Source: the human T2T-CHM13v2.0 reference genome, Homo sapiens. Taken from it: DNA of 64,000 nt. The stretch lies in the NCBI RefSeq assembly GCF_009914755.1, contig NC_060932.1; one strand, 5' to 3'. The notes beneath the pieces are model-generated. The model was not told the origin of the DNA, made no database searches, and saw only the letters and a program-made list of their open reading frames with translations. Of the stretch, positions 51,029 through 63,893 are shown piece by piece. Both the position numbers and the translations under genes were made by a program. Position 1 is the stretch's first letter, and each line of letters starts with the position of its first letter.

Positions 51029-52124
51029 ACTGGGCTCACTGGTGCAAAACGGAGCCACTCTGTGGGAGCCAGTAAACTAAGCCCAAGCAGAGAGCTGGGC
51101 ACCCCGCCTTTCCCTCCCACCCTCAGCCACCCCCCACTGCCATGCACCCTGACCCAGTTGGAAGCGCGCTGGGAGGTGCCTTTGTCATCAGGAGCCCAGC
51201 CCAGCCCACAGCAGCAGACAACAGAGGCCTCCTGACCCACAGTTAACCCCACCCGGGCCTCGGGGACCCAATCTGCTCTGTGCCAGCTTCAGGCCCACCT
51301 GGCCTCCGGCTCCAGACTCTGCCGGCTGTCAAAATGCCCACCATTAGCAAGAGTGTCTCCCCCACTCAGAGGTCAAAGAGACGACGGATGCCCCAGACTC
51401 ATGCATCGCATGGGCCACACCGGCTCACGTCTTCATTTTACAGAAACCAAGAAACGCACGTCCAGATGGTGGCCCGCCTCCCGCCAGCCTGGATCCTGGA
51501 TCACAGCCTACACACGGGACCAGCCGCCCCGCCACCCTGCAAGGCAACACCACACTCCCAGACACTCGATGACCTCAGGCTCTGAGAGGCCCGTCTCCTG
51601 CCCTAGGTCACACAGCTGGCCAGGGCAGCCAGGATCTGAACAGGAACCACAAGCTCTCCCCAGGGGGCAGCCAGATAAGGAGGGTATTGGCCATGGTCAT
51701 GCCCCAGCCTCCTGGTATCGGTCCCCGTCCCTTCCTCACCAATGTCCTCAGCCCAGGACCCAAGGAGGGCCTTCAGGGGGAGGGCAGCAGGTCAGCATTG
51801 GGGCCCGTGAGGGTCTCCAGGACACAGCCACTTTGGGACCACGGACAGGACCTGCTAAGTGTAACGGAATGCAGGGCCCTTGGGCCCTCTGTGGTCTGGT
51901 CTCTACTGACTGCGCCCCAAAGCAGGGCACCTCCCACATGCAGGCGCAGCCCCTCCCTCTGCATCCGCTCACCCTGACCCACGGACGGAATCCCACCATT
52001 CCTCCCCACACCTTGGCCCCTCCTCCCAGCTCTGAGCTCCTGCCTGTCTGGCAGTACAAGGTGCCCTTTTGGCTTTGAGAGAGGACACACATAAAGTGTG
52101 CTCAGTAATAGCACTTGTCAGCTC

Positions 52125-52320
52125 CCTGATGGGAGATTTCACAGAGGAGGGGGGCTTCAAGTCGGGTTTTGAAGAATGTGTAGGAGTTCACCAGGGGGTT
52201 CAGAGGGCAGGTGAGGGGCATTTTGAGTAGAAACAAAGAGGCAGGAAATATTCAAGGAAGGGAGAGGAATGAGACAGGCTTGTGCAGAGGGCCTGGCATG
52301 GGGGTGTGGAAGGTGACAGC
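52125..52320 (-). mobile_element. L2 fragment
   Basis: ttcacagaggagg...gggttttgaagaatgtgtaggagttcaccagg. Confidence 0.7.
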
Positions 52321-52529
52321 CTCTTCGGCCTCCGAGTGTCAGGCCAAGGACTCACCAGTGTGAGCGTCAGAGGGGCCTCGGAAGGTCAGAGGAGGTTGGC
52401 GGTGGAGGGTCAGGCTCGCCATTCCAAGGGGGACCGGGCCACTGCTGTGTGACGGGGCTTGGGCTGGATCCATCCGGAGGTGCAGCCAGGGCCATGACGG
52501 GGAGGATGATGGACAGGAGGGCTGTTCAG

Positions 52530-52665
52530 GGGGCAAAAATAAATGGAATGCCTTTTTCTCGTGCCTTTGATGGATCCAAAGTCACTTTGTTAACATAAGA
52601 ACATAAAAACGTATAATGCGTGGCTTGATTTGTACATAAAATTACCATGTTTGGTCTATTTGGAG
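52530..52665. promoter_or_regulatory. AT-rich island with a TCF/LEF consensus site
   Basis: CCTTTGATG at 52564-52572; two CATAAAA motifs. Confidence 0.4.
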
Positions 52666-55159
52666 AAAGAAGGCCTGCCGGGGGCAGGAGCCGCACGGGA
52701 GGGGCACTGCTTCTCCCCGAGGGTTTCTTTTGCTTCTTTTTCAGGTCTCTGCTGCACAGGTGCCTTGTTCATGTGGGGTGCTCCAGCCCGTCAGGGGTCA
52801 GAGGTTGGAGGTCAGCCCAGCCGCCGGGCAAGAGGCCCCCTCTTCCCTGTGGGGTGCCCCTCCTTGCTCATGGCCTGACCAGTGTGGGGAAGGAGAGGGG
52901 GCCCCTCAGAAGCAGGACTGGGGTAGATGGATGACAGCTTTATCCACACTCGACGCCGGGGTCGCTCCACCCTCTCCCCAGCTGTCCCCAAGGGCAGGGG
53001 CCTTGGTGCCTGGTCAGGTGTTCCCTTGGCCTCCCACCCTCCAGGGCTCCCTGACCCCCACCCCACCCCCTGCTTTGAGGTCCATCCCGGCACCAGCCCC
53101 CTAAGGTTTTCGTCTGATCCCAACTCAGAAGCCTGGGGTCACCGCATTCCCGTTGCCCCGCGCCCTGCCTGGAGCAAAGATGCCTGCTGCACACACGCCA
53201 GGCCCTGCCAGCGCCCGCACGAAACAGCTCGGCTCCTCCTCCTCAGCAGAGCTCAGGAGGCAGATGAGACTCTTATGCCCCCTCAAAAGACAAGGCACCC
53301 AGAGGCAAGGCCACTCCCGTGAGGGCACCCCGCTAACGAGGGCAGGGCTGGAGCTCCATCCAGGGCCACCTGCCCTGCAGAGCTACGCTGACCCTGTCCC
53401 ACCTGCGAGGGCGTCCAGGGCTTGGGGCCGGGCCCTGCTCTGCCCCTGCTTCTCTAGTTCGTCCTCACCCTGCCCAGCTGGCACAGCATCTGCAGGGTGG
53501 AAACTCACACTCCTGGGCACCACGGGATGCAGCCCAAGCCCAGCCTGGTGGTGACACCCTTGAGGTGTTTGGGGTCGGCGATGTGACATTGCTGGCTCTG
53601 TAGGTCAAAACTGTGAAATGCTGGCGGGTTCACGTGATTCGTCCTGAAGTCCGGTAGGGGACCTGAGAGCCTCTGCCTCGCCCCGCACTGTCCCCATCAT
53701 CTTCTGACCCCCCGCAGGGCTGGCCACCCTCCAGGAGTCACACCTCTGTGCTCTGGAACCAGCAGTGAACCTCCAGGAGTGCCATCCCTCAGTGCAAAGA
53801 CACTGCCCTGATATCCAGAGATCCCCCAGGTCCCCTCCCATGGCCGTGCTGCCCTCAGCTCCCATACCTGGGCCCAACCCCCCACTGCATGCCCTCGGCT
53901 CCCCAGCGCCCTCAGAGCCCCAGCACATGGCGGGTGCCCCAGGAGTCCCTGGAGGGCAATGGAAGGCCTCCTAACCCAGGCTGCTGACCCAGTCAGGGTC
54001 CAAAGCCAAACCCAAGGATGAAGGTGTCGGAGAGCTGGCAGCCAGGAGCAGGTGGAAAGGCCAGGGTGGCAGAGCCTGAGAGACAGAGGGAGACAGGGCT
54101 GCCGGGCTCATGGAACAGGCCCAGCCCCTGAGTAGCAGCCTCGAGCAGCTGAGCCCAGAGAAAGATGTTGAAAGTCAGCCCGTAGCAGGCAGGGCAAGGG
54201 CCTGGGAGGAGAGGGGCCAGACCCCTGCCTGGGTGGGACCTCTTCCCAGAGCCAACGGCACTGCTGCCCCTCGGTGTGGCCTCTGAGCCCCGCTGTAAAG
54301 CAAGTGACACCCACCTGGTAAGGACTGGTCAGCGCCGAGCAGGGTGGCCCGGAAGCTCATGGTGCACATCCACGCAGCCACCACATCCCATCCTGTCCCA
54401 GGAAGTCACAGGTATTTCCCATTCTGTGGACGGCAGCCGAGGCTGGAGGAGGAGAGACCCGGCAGGCTCCAGGCCCCGCCTGCCAAGCACCATGCTGTAC
54501 TGCCCACAGTGGCCAGCGTCCCTCAGTGTCCAGCAGCTGCAGGAGACCTATGGAAGCCCCAGGAAGAGGCCTCAGGGCGTGCCTGGCTGGGCCCTCTCTA
54601 TCTGAGTCCACTGCATCTTGCATGAAGGTTCCTTGGGAATCCTGGGGAGACCTGGGAAGTTCATTGGGAGCTCTGGATGCTGAAGGCCAGGAGCTTGGGC
54701 CGGGTGGGGAGGGCGGTGCAGGGGCTGGGGGGCTTGCCAGGGTCTCCTAGCACAAGCCACCCAGCTCCCGGCAGGTGGAGTCAAATAGACGTGTCTCCTC
54801 CACCGCCTCCACCCTCCCAGCCGAGGGCCCAGACCCCATATTGGCTCTCTCAGGGCCTCAGCCTCCTCTTGCCCTCCTAGAAAAGGCCCTGAAGAGGGAA
54901 TTCTCATGGCTCCCTGGCTCTCCTCAGCGACTCCCTCCCACAGCAAGCAGGCCTGGAGCACCAGCACCTGACCCTCTGGGAAGCAAGCAGGTGGGAGCAG
55001 GGCGGGCGAGGCTCCCAGCCACCCCGCTGCTGGTGGAAAGCCTGGGTCTGAACCCACATCTTCCACAGTATGAAGGAGGCTCGATCAATTCCGGAAGATG
55101 CTAGACTTCTTCCAGAAATTCCAGCCCCAGATCCTGCCTCTTGCCTCCTCCCCAGAGCC

Positions 55160-55330
55160 TTGTTTCACAACACGATTGAACCGCCCCATTATTTAATAAA
55201 ACTGTCAGAACAACTGATTTGTGCGATGTACATGGTTCCCTTTTTTTGCTCTTCTTTCTTTCCAGATTCAATAAACCCTGAAGTTGTTCCAAGAAGACAG
55301 GCGAGTGATGGGAAGCATCAATTTCCTGAG
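55160..55330. promoter_or_regulatory. AT-rich enhancer-like island
   Basis: TAATAAAA directly abutting CTGTCA (MEIS-type) at 55194-55207. Confidence 0.35.
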
Positions 55331-55469
55331 GACCAGCCCGGCTGCACAGGACAAGCCGCACTGAACCCAGTGGGGAGCCACCCCTAGAAAGGCCAGGGCA
55401 GCTGCTTATAGGGAGGCAACAACCACCCCTGCATGTGGAGGGTAGGAGAGGAGGTGGCAGGGAGTGAGT

Positions 55470-55640
55470 GCAACCAGGGAAAGCTTCCTGGAGGAGGAGA
55501 CATCAGGATTCTGTCTTGACGCACTAACAGGAGTTTGCCGATGGAATAGAGGTGCAAGAGAATTGCATACAGAAGGAAAACTGAGTTTGCAAGGACATCT
55601 GCAGGACAGCAGGGGCTGTGGGAGAACGCTTAGGGTGACA
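55470..55640 (-). mobile_element. L2 fragment
   Basis: ccagggaaagcttcctggaggaggagacat...aggagtttgcc. Confidence 0.7.
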
Positions 55641-56821
55641 GAGTGCGTGGCCCCGGGGGGGTAGAGCGCTCAGACTTTGAAGTCAGAGCTCATACCAGGC
55701 CTGGGTGCCAAGGTAAGGTCCTTGATCTCCAGGCTGGGGTCACTCAAGGGCTGCAGGATTCTCAGGGAGGACTGTAGGTCCCACAGGCACTGGGCTCGGG
55801 AAGGGGCAGTGTCCCCAACCCACAACAGAGCTGGTGTAGCCGGGAGCCTCGCCCCTTCCCAGTGCAGGGAGAAGGCAGCCCACAGCCTCCATCACCCAAA
55901 GGAGTCGACTTTCGCACGCGCAGGGCTGTCAGGCTGACTGTGCACCCAGAACAATGCAGCCTCATCGCTACCGGGTCCTGTTGACTGTCAGGCCCTGGGA
56001 CTCAGCTGCTTCAGCTCCTAAACTGGGCACCTCTTTCTGACTCGCTTGTTGGGAGAAAGGCTCCGCCCCTCTCCAGACCCCGCCCCCAGGGAGGAGGGGC
56101 AAGACCTCTCATTGGAGGGCTCTGTGGGAAGGCGGGCTCTGAGCACCAGCTCTGCCCCTAGCAGCTGCTGGGCTGGGGCAGGAAGGGGGAGAGTCCCCAT
56201 GGCCCCAGCAGCAAGCCCCTGCCTCTCTCCTGTCCGGCTGCTGCCCCACTCTGAGGCCCAGGTTCTCTTCTCCCAAGAGCGAGTGCGTTGGGTAAGTCAG
56301 CGCCAGGGACCAGCCCCCAGGTTCCCCAGCTCCCAGGTGAGTGCAGAGAGAGGGGCGGCAGCTACAGCCCACTTAGCTCAGGCCACCTGGTCCCAGCGCC
56401 ACGAGGCCGGAAGCTGCCTTCTCCCGAGGGCCCTCAGACCCCTCCACCCCTGCCCAGCCCAGCCTCCAGCTGCCCACTGCCCTCAGCCCTCACGCCCTCA
56501 CTCACTTCACAGGCAGCAGAAGTGGGCTGGAGTTCCAGCCGTGTGGCTGGGGTGAGCAGAGGGAGGGTTTTCGCTGAGACGTGGGTGAGGCTGCTCCCTC
56601 CATAGACTGTGAGAATCGGAGGGTGTCCCTCCCGTACCTGGAAACTCCCAGACACCCCAGGACACTCCCTGAAGGGTCCTTGGAAAGGCCTGACAAGGAA
56701 GGGGGGGCACTCTGCCAGACACTCTGTCAGAGAACATTCTAGACTCACCTCACACCTGCCCCCTCACTAACAGCCTGCCCTCTCGGCCCGTCCTGGACGC
56801 CTCCCTCACTAACAACAGCTA

Positions 56822-57290
56822 AGTGTAGCAGAGCCTGCGATTTTTTTCCCCAGTTTTGGAGGGCTTCTGGCTGTCTGGCTAAAGACTCTGTTTTCCAGCC
56901 ACCCTTCAGCAGGGGTAGTCCTGGGACCAACATATGGCCAGTAGGATGGAGGGATGGGACGAGGGAAGCCTCTGGGCTAAGTTGCTAACAGGAAGGAGCC
57001 GGCCACCCTGGTCCATTCTCCCCTCCCTGCTGGCCAGAGGATAGATGTGATGGCCGGAGCAAGAGCAGCCACCTTGGCCACAGATGGAAGCTGTGTGTCG
57101 AGGACAGCAGAGAAACAGGAGGAAAGGAGCCTGGGCTTCACTGTGGTGCTGCCACAACCCCCCTGGGCTGCCTGACCCCCCTGGGTTGCCACAAACCCCC
57201 TGGGCTGCCCACACTTCCATGGGGTCACCTGCCCTCTGTCCACTGCTCTTATTTCTGGCAGTGGCCTGAGCCCACAGCCCAACTCACCCC
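56822..57290 (+). mobile_element. MLT1I/J/K-like MaLR LTR
   Basis: gctaaagactctgttttccagcc...tggccagtaggatg...gatgtgatggccggagc...gcagccaccttg...aaggagcctggg. Confidence 0.7.
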
Positions 57291-58354
57291 CACAGCATTT
57301 CTCATCCTGCTGGGCCTGTGGCTCTGGGCAGGTCCCTGCCTGGGGATTCCTGGCATCTGCCCTCTCATGGGTCTTTCAGTCTAATTGGCAAAACATTTGA
57401 AGAGCTCCTGCACTCACAGAGTGAAACCCCAGGAAACGGAGCCCGCGAGGGATGCCAAGCTCTCCTAATAACAACACCTTTGTTTATTGTGGGATGTGGG
57501 CTGCTGTTGTGATGCAGGATCCAGACCTCGAGTAACCCTGTGCGATGGCAGGCCTTCACCCTGGGACTGGCCAAGGGCCCTAGCCCCTTCATCAGAGGTA
57601 AAAGGGTATCCCCATTCCCACCCGCCTCCCACAGGGCTCCAGCCTGACACCACTCGAAACATCTCATCAGGCCTATTCTCCCGACTCCAGGTCACCCATG
57701 ACTCTCCCGCCCTCATCCGTTTCTGCACATTCCTCGCCATGCCCATCTCCCTCCTGCCCATCCCGGAGCCCACCGGACTGCACAGCCAGCATCAGCACAG
57801 CCTGTCCTGCTGAGTGGGGCTGCCTGCAGTCCATGGCACGAGATAGAGGCAGAACCTGGAGGCAGGCCGAGGTCGCCGCTACTCCTGGCCACTTCCAGAC
57901 CACCCTGCCACCATCCTCCCTTCAGTCCACGGTCCAGACTTCCTGGAAGGCACCTTGCAGCCTTCGTTTGCCGAATTGTGAGATGCGTTTGCTCACCGGC
58001 CTCCTCCCGCTGAGCGTCCCTGGTGTCTGACCCACCTCTGTTTCCTTCTGTATGCACAGGTGTTTGTTGCATGACTGAACGACATTGAGGAGGGGACACG
58101 GCTCAGTAGAAACTTCCTTTAAGATGCATACAAGCTGCGGCAAAGCAAAGTGTGTTTACAAGGAGTTCCTGTGTGGGCTGGGCAGGGGCATCAGCTGCTC
58201 TTACTGGGGGAGGATGGTAGTGATGCAAACACAAGAGGTAGGGTTGGCAGCCGCACCCCTTGCAACTATCAGGGCAGCCTTGGGGCTTTCACAGGCGTGG
58301 TGAGGACCTGTCCTTGCGTGTTTCCCTCTTACCATGTTACCATGGAAACACACC

Positions 58355-59055
58355 ATGCATGGACCTTACCCTGCGGATATGCCCCCTACGTGGCAAAAGG
58401 GATGTGCGGATGTGAAGGACCAGGAGATGTGTGACAATCCTGGGGGACCCAGGTGGGTCCTAAATGTCACTTCAAGGGTCCTTTTAAGAGGAAGGCAGGT
58501 GGCCAGGCTTATGCCTATAATCCCAGCACTTTGGGAGACCGAGGTGAGAGGGTCACTTGAGGCCAAGGCCAGCCTGGGCAAAATAGCAAGACCTCGTCTC
58601 TACAGAAAAAATTAAAAATTAGCCGGGCATAGTGGCGTGCCCCTGTAGTCTCAGCTACCCGGGAGGCTGAGGCAGGAGGATCACCTGAGCCCAGGAGATG
58701 GGGGCTGCAGTGAAGCATGATGGCACCACTGCACTCCAGCCCTGCATTCAAGCGCGGGTGACAAAGCGAGACCCAATCTCAAAAAAGAAAAAGAGAGGGA
58801 GGCAGGAGACAGGTGTGAGGAGGGGAAGGGCTGCGAGACAGAGGCTTCGAGGAAAGCAGAAGGTCTCCAGAAGCCTGCAGAGGCCAGGAGGGAGCCTCCC
58901 ATGGGGCCTCTGGGAGGAGCCTGCTCTGCCGACGCCTAGATGGAGCCCCTAACTCTCCTTCTGGATTTCTGACTCTGGAGCTGTGAGAAACGAACTTCTG
59001 TTGGTTGAAGTCACGGGTTGGTGGTTAGTTATTACAACAGAAACAGGAAACCGGT
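58355..59055 (+). mobile_element. MLT1D-like MaLR LTR interrupted by an Alu
   Basis: tggcaaaagggatgtgcggatgtg...ccaggtgggtcctaaatg...aagggtccttttaagagg [Alu] ...gctgtgagaaacgaacttctgttggttgaag...aacaggaaac. Confidence 0.8.
58497..58792 (+). mobile_element. AluJ nested in the LTR
   Basis: Dimeric Alu with an A tail; approximate target-site duplication gaggaaggcag / gagggaggcag. Confidence 0.92.
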
Positions 59056-59259
59056 ATGTCGGGTCGCTCCCAGCCTCAAGCCCCAGCTCTATTTTCCCAT
59101 AAAAGCTAAGTTCTCACCATGAGGTGCTCTAGCTGCCAGGGTGGAGGAGAGGGTGTCACCCCACACTGATTTGTGGGCCCAGGGGTGAGGACACCTCACC
59201 TGCCACCCAGAACCGGGCCCACATCTCCCGGCGAGGCCTCCGTGGCTGCATTGCCGGCA

Positions 59260-59435
59260 ATGACTAGGTGTTTTATGCTGAACGTTGAAGATATTTTCCA
59301 CTGGAGATTTAACACGGAACATCAAGAACCATTGAAATCACTCATATCAATTGAAGATACAATAATTGAACCCCATAAAGATTACTGAGAAGCTGGTGGA
59401 GCTATAAGGAGAGGCATAAATAGAGATAAATTGGG
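59260..59435. promoter_or_regulatory. AT-rich enhancer-like island
   Basis: gttttatg, caataattg, ccataaa, cataaata, ataaattgg. Confidence 0.35.
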
Positions 59436-59694
59436 CCCCCTCCACCCCCCCAGCCTCCCCCTGGAAGGAGCTCATTAGAGATGCTCACGGGGCCACTCAG
59501 TGACAGAGACCCACAGCAGGGAGAGGGGGGCCGGGGGGTTCCCACCACAGAGGGGCCTGAGCAGATCCAGAAGCTTCTGTGCATCCGTTAATGGTCTTGA
59601 TCGGGTCCTTGGTGAAAGCGTGGAGCGAAGGGACCCAGGGGATGACAGCTCTGTTCTCCAGCGGCCTAGGCATCTCCTTTCCTCTAAGGGCCGC

Positions 59695-59905
59695 ACCCCG
59701 AGCCCTGATCTGGGCCGCACACGGAGCCCCGATCATAGCCATACACTGAGTCCTAACCCAGGTCATAATCCAAGCCTCATCCTAGGCAAAGTCTAAGCCA
59801 TGATTCTGGCCCCAAACTGAGCCCTGCTCTGGTCACAGTCTGAGCTCTGACCAAGGTCACATACTGAAGGCGGACTGTGACTGGAGGCTGAGTCCTGAGC
59901 CCTGG
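59695..59905 (+). repeat. Highly decayed minisatellite of about 22-24-bp period
   Basis: Recurring ctgagccctga / ggtcaca motifs. Confidence 0.45.
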
Positions 59906-61308
59906 TGTCTCATCTCAGGCGGGTCCAAGCTCCAGGACTGTGGGTGCTCCCAGATGTCCACCACATCCGCTCACGCTGCCCTCTCTCTGAGCTTCTCACA
60001 GGCCGGGCCCTGGCTGGGCTCTGCATATGGAAAGAAAGGCCCCCTGTCCTCAGGGCATTTGACTCCCCGCAGGGAGGCAACACCTGAACAGTGATATCAG
60101 CCAAGTACTGTGGATGACGGGAGTCCCCAGCCCGGCTCTCCCTGCCCTCCCATGCCCAGGCCTCCAGCTCTGACCCTGAGAGCCCTCCAGCCGCCGTCTC
60201 CGCCCTCTGCCAGGCAGATCAGAGCACTGCTCCCACCTCTGAGCGGGGCCCCTGTCCTGGTCTGCTGTGTGTAGAGGCTGAGGTCGAACAGGCTGAGCAC
60301 CGGGGGCCTGGGGTGCACTCCCTGAGTGGCAGGGCAGGGCCCCCTCCATGGGGCCTCACTCCTGCTTGTCATGGTTCAGAAGAGCTGAACGGGGAAGCAA
60401 AAGGCACAAAGTCAGCCTGTCTGGCTTTGCAATCTTGGCCTCCCCTCGGCTGCATGGCACAGAGAGGTTTCTTGCCATCTCAGAGCTTGGCCTGCCTAGC
60501 TGCAAGGGGATGATGACGGCATCTGACTCCTGGGCTGTGAGTGTCATCGGAGGGGACCCAGGCAATCACTGACAAGTTCCCGGGGCATGAAGCCCTCATG
60601 AAAGGGAACACAACCATGATCAGGTCCTAGGAGCGCCACACTGCCCTGGACTCCAGACCCGTGATCCTCCCATGCTGCCCCCAGGGTCTCTCAAGGGCCC
60701 ACAGCCTCCCTGCCCTGCTCTGTGCCCCCTTCCTGGGCCCTCCCGCCTGTGGACCCTTCTCCGTGCTGTTCCCTCCTCCTCTCCCAGATCAACTCTCTAT
60801 TTCCCGGCTCCCTGGGCACAGGTGTGAGGCTAGCAGCTGTGACTGTGCAGGGTGAACGGCTGATGCCCCAGCCACCCTCCCAGGCTCGTAAATCTGCCCT
60901 ATTTCCCTCAAGCCGATACTCAGCCAGGCCGCCTGCACAATCCAATATATTTCAGTTACAAGCTGGTCTATTACCTGATTCATAACCGATCTGTCAACCT
61001 GAGAGATCAATGCATCCGTGGGATGCCACATACATAACACCTGGTGCATAATTGAATTCAGGCTCCCTGGCATCTCAGTGCATGGCAGGTGCTGCTGGGA
61101 ACCTCAGCCCCCTCCCCTGGGACAGGGGTAGGGGCAGGGAGAACGTGCCTCCTGGCTGCGGCACCGGGGTGCAGCTCCGGAAGGACGTCTGCAGTTCTAG
61201 GCGTGGCTGGGTGATTCGGATCCTGGGCATCCTTGCCATTCTGTCTCAACTCTATTTGAAGAGACCTCAGAGCCTTTTCACCCAGCCTCCCACACCTGAG
61301 CAGTGGGC

Positions 61309-61397
61309 CCCCTCTCTGCCTGCACACTCACTGCCTCGGAGCGGCCCAGCCCCCACTCTCTGCCTGCACACTCACTGCCTCTGAGCGGCCCAGCCCA
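61309..61397 (+). repeat. About 46-bp tandem duplication
   Basis: ctctctgcctgcacactcactgcctc(g/t)gagcggcccagccc twice. Confidence 0.9.
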
Positions 61398-61409
61398 TTG
61401 CAGACAGTA

Positions 61410-61600
61410 CAGACCCACAGAGCCAAAAGTGCTGCATTTACCAGGCCCCTCCCTAAGATATCAAAATGCCAGCTACTCAGAACCTTCGGGGGAAGGTATT
61501 ATTGGCTCATTGTATAAATGAGGAGTCTGAAGTCAAGGAAACGACCTTCCTAAGTTTGAACCACCAAGCTTGATTTGAAACCAGAGTCAGAACCCAGACC
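61410..61600 (-). mobile_element. MIR SINE
   Basis: gaaggtattattggctcattgtataaatgaggagtctgaagtcaag...gatttgaaaccagagtc. Confidence 0.7.
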
Positions 61601-61641
61601 CACGACCTCTCGTGCATCTGAGATGAAGCCCAAGGGGCTGC

Positions 61642-61702
61642 TCCAGGGTGGTCAGCAGGGGCGGGGCCAGGGTGGTCAGCAGGGGCGGGGCCAGGGGCGG
61701 GG
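61642..61702 (+). repeat. 24-bp tandem duplication carrying three GC boxes
   Basis: ccagggtggtcagcaggggcgggg twice plus a third GGGGCGGGG. Confidence 0.85.
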
Positions 61703-61955
61703 ACTCCACAAACAGGAGCTTTCGGGGTCTACAGGGTCTGCATGTGCAGGGGGCGCTGTCTCCCTCTGGTTGGTGTATTTGTGGGGCAGAAACTCAAGTG
61801 ATTGGGCAAGACCCTGCCCGTGTCCAGCTGCCACGTGGCCTTGGGAGGTCTCCTGTCCCCTCCAGTCCACAAGGTCATCTGAGCTCCTGGTTCCTGTGGC
61901 TGGACATCCTCGCTGACCTCACCTCTGGCGGATTCAGAGAGGCCAGGAGGTGCAG

Positions 61956-62108
61956 GCTGGGTGCCCTTGGCAGCCAAACCTTTCTGGAAGCCCAGGGCTG
62001 ACTTCAGCTGGGTGCCCTTGGCACCTGGACCTTCTAGAAGCCTGGGGGCTGACTCCAGCTGGGTGCCCTCGGCACCTGGACCTTTCTGGAAGCCTGGGGG
62101 CTGACTCC
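61956..62108 (+). repeat. 51-bp tandem repeat, 3 copies
   Basis: gctgggtgccct starts at 61956, 62007 and 62058. Confidence 0.92.
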
Positions 62109-62704
62109 GGCACCAGACACAGCTGGGGCTCCCCTCCCTCATCCCGCCTCGCACCCTGTCATTGATTCTCCTTTTCATGATCGTGGCACCCACGATGGAA
62201 ATGGCATCTCAGCTCCTGCAAGGATCTATACCCCAAAATAGCAAAATAATTCCCATGGTGCGAGAATGCTTCAGGCAGAGGCATGCGGGCTGGGGTTATT
62301 GGGGCCATGTTTCCACATGCACCTAATGTATGGACACATCTATTCCTGGGGCCGCCAAATCAATCCATGTGGAAGCCTGGGGAGCTGTGCGTCTCCCATG
62401 TGTCAGAGCGTGGAGGGAGCGCCGGGGGTGGGGGGCAGGGGCAGAGGCCCAGATGCTGGGTCCACCATGGAGGCTGCCAGGTGCTGAGGGGGGTCATTAA
62501 ATACACCCCCCACACCCCTCACTTGTGTGAAGGTCAGAGGACAAAGGACGGACAAAGGCATCTGGTCACCTCTAAAGGGCCACACAGATGCCTCTCACCC
62601 TCACCCCACATCACAAATGAGAAACTGAGGCCCGGTCAGGAAGGCATCAGGTGGACAGGGGCCAGGACCCCATTGCTTCAGGCTCTGTGAGTGGCTCCCT
62701 CGTG

Positions 62705-63150
62705 CCAACACATGCACACATATGCACACACAGAGACACACATGGACACACACACGTGCACAGACATATGCACACACACACAAACACGCATATACACAGA
62801 CATATGGAGACACATGGACACACACACGTGAACACACATGCACACACACAAACGCATATACACAGACACACACACGGAGACACATGGACACACACACAGG
62901 CACATACGTGCACAGAGACACACATGGACACACAGGTACACACAGACACCACAATGCAGATATATGCACATGCGCAAGGAACACGTGCATGCACACATAC
63001 ACATGCTCACACACATATGCACACACATGCACACACATGCTCACACATGCTCACATACATATGCACACACACATGCTCACATACATATACACACACACAT
63101 GCTCACACCGAAGCAAGACACACGCAAACACACACAGGCACTTACACACC
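62705..63150. repeat. CA-rich low-complexity tract
   Basis: Directly visible. Confidence 0.92.
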
Positions 63151-63739
63151 GGGAAGCACTTCTCAGGGGGTTGTGGCATCTCTGCCTCTGGTGGCCTCTC
63201 CTGCAGGGGTCTCCACTTGGTGGTGCTGGGGGCCCCACCTGAGCCCTGGCGAGACCTCGCCTCCCCTCTCCCGGCTACGGGACATGCCAGGGCAGGGTGT
63301 GGCTTGTTCACCGAAGCAAGCCCCAGGGTGGATGCAGGGCTCAGGGAAGCCTCTCCCAAGGGAGCACAGGCAAGCGCCCTCAGTGGGGCACAGCTGGAGC
63401 AGCGCCTCCATGGCCACATGGCTCTGGGGTGAAGCCCGGCTCTTGGGCTGAAGGCCCCTGGTACCTGAGGGCCTCCCATATTCCCATCTGGAAAGTGGGG
63501 TTGGCAATGATGCCCATCTGCACAGCCAAGCCAGTCCAACACCTGGTGCCAAGCTGGCACCAGGCACACGGGCACACAGACCCCAGAGTGGACGGTGGGA
63601 TGTGAGGGGAAGGGGGAAGGACAGGTGACAGCAGAGGCAGGCTCTGAGCCAGAGTCATGCAGGACGCACTGCCCAGCACTCCTTTCCCCGAGCCCTAAAC
63701 AGACTCACAGAAGGTCTCAGCCAAAGGGGCTCTAGAGAC

Positions 63740-63805
63740 CGGGGGGCCCATCTCACAGATGGGGAAACCAAGGCCCAGGGAGAAGAGGTTCATTCAGGAA
63801 TACGC
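63740..63805 (-). mobile_element. MIR fragment
   Basis: cccatctcacagatggggaaaccaaggcccagggagaag. Confidence 0.7.
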
Positions 63806-63893
63806 AGCAGATCACAGACCCTCAGAACTCGACGGGCCTCCAGGCTGCTCCCTGCCAGATGGGAACTCGCAGAGCAGCCACGAGACAGCGGAA

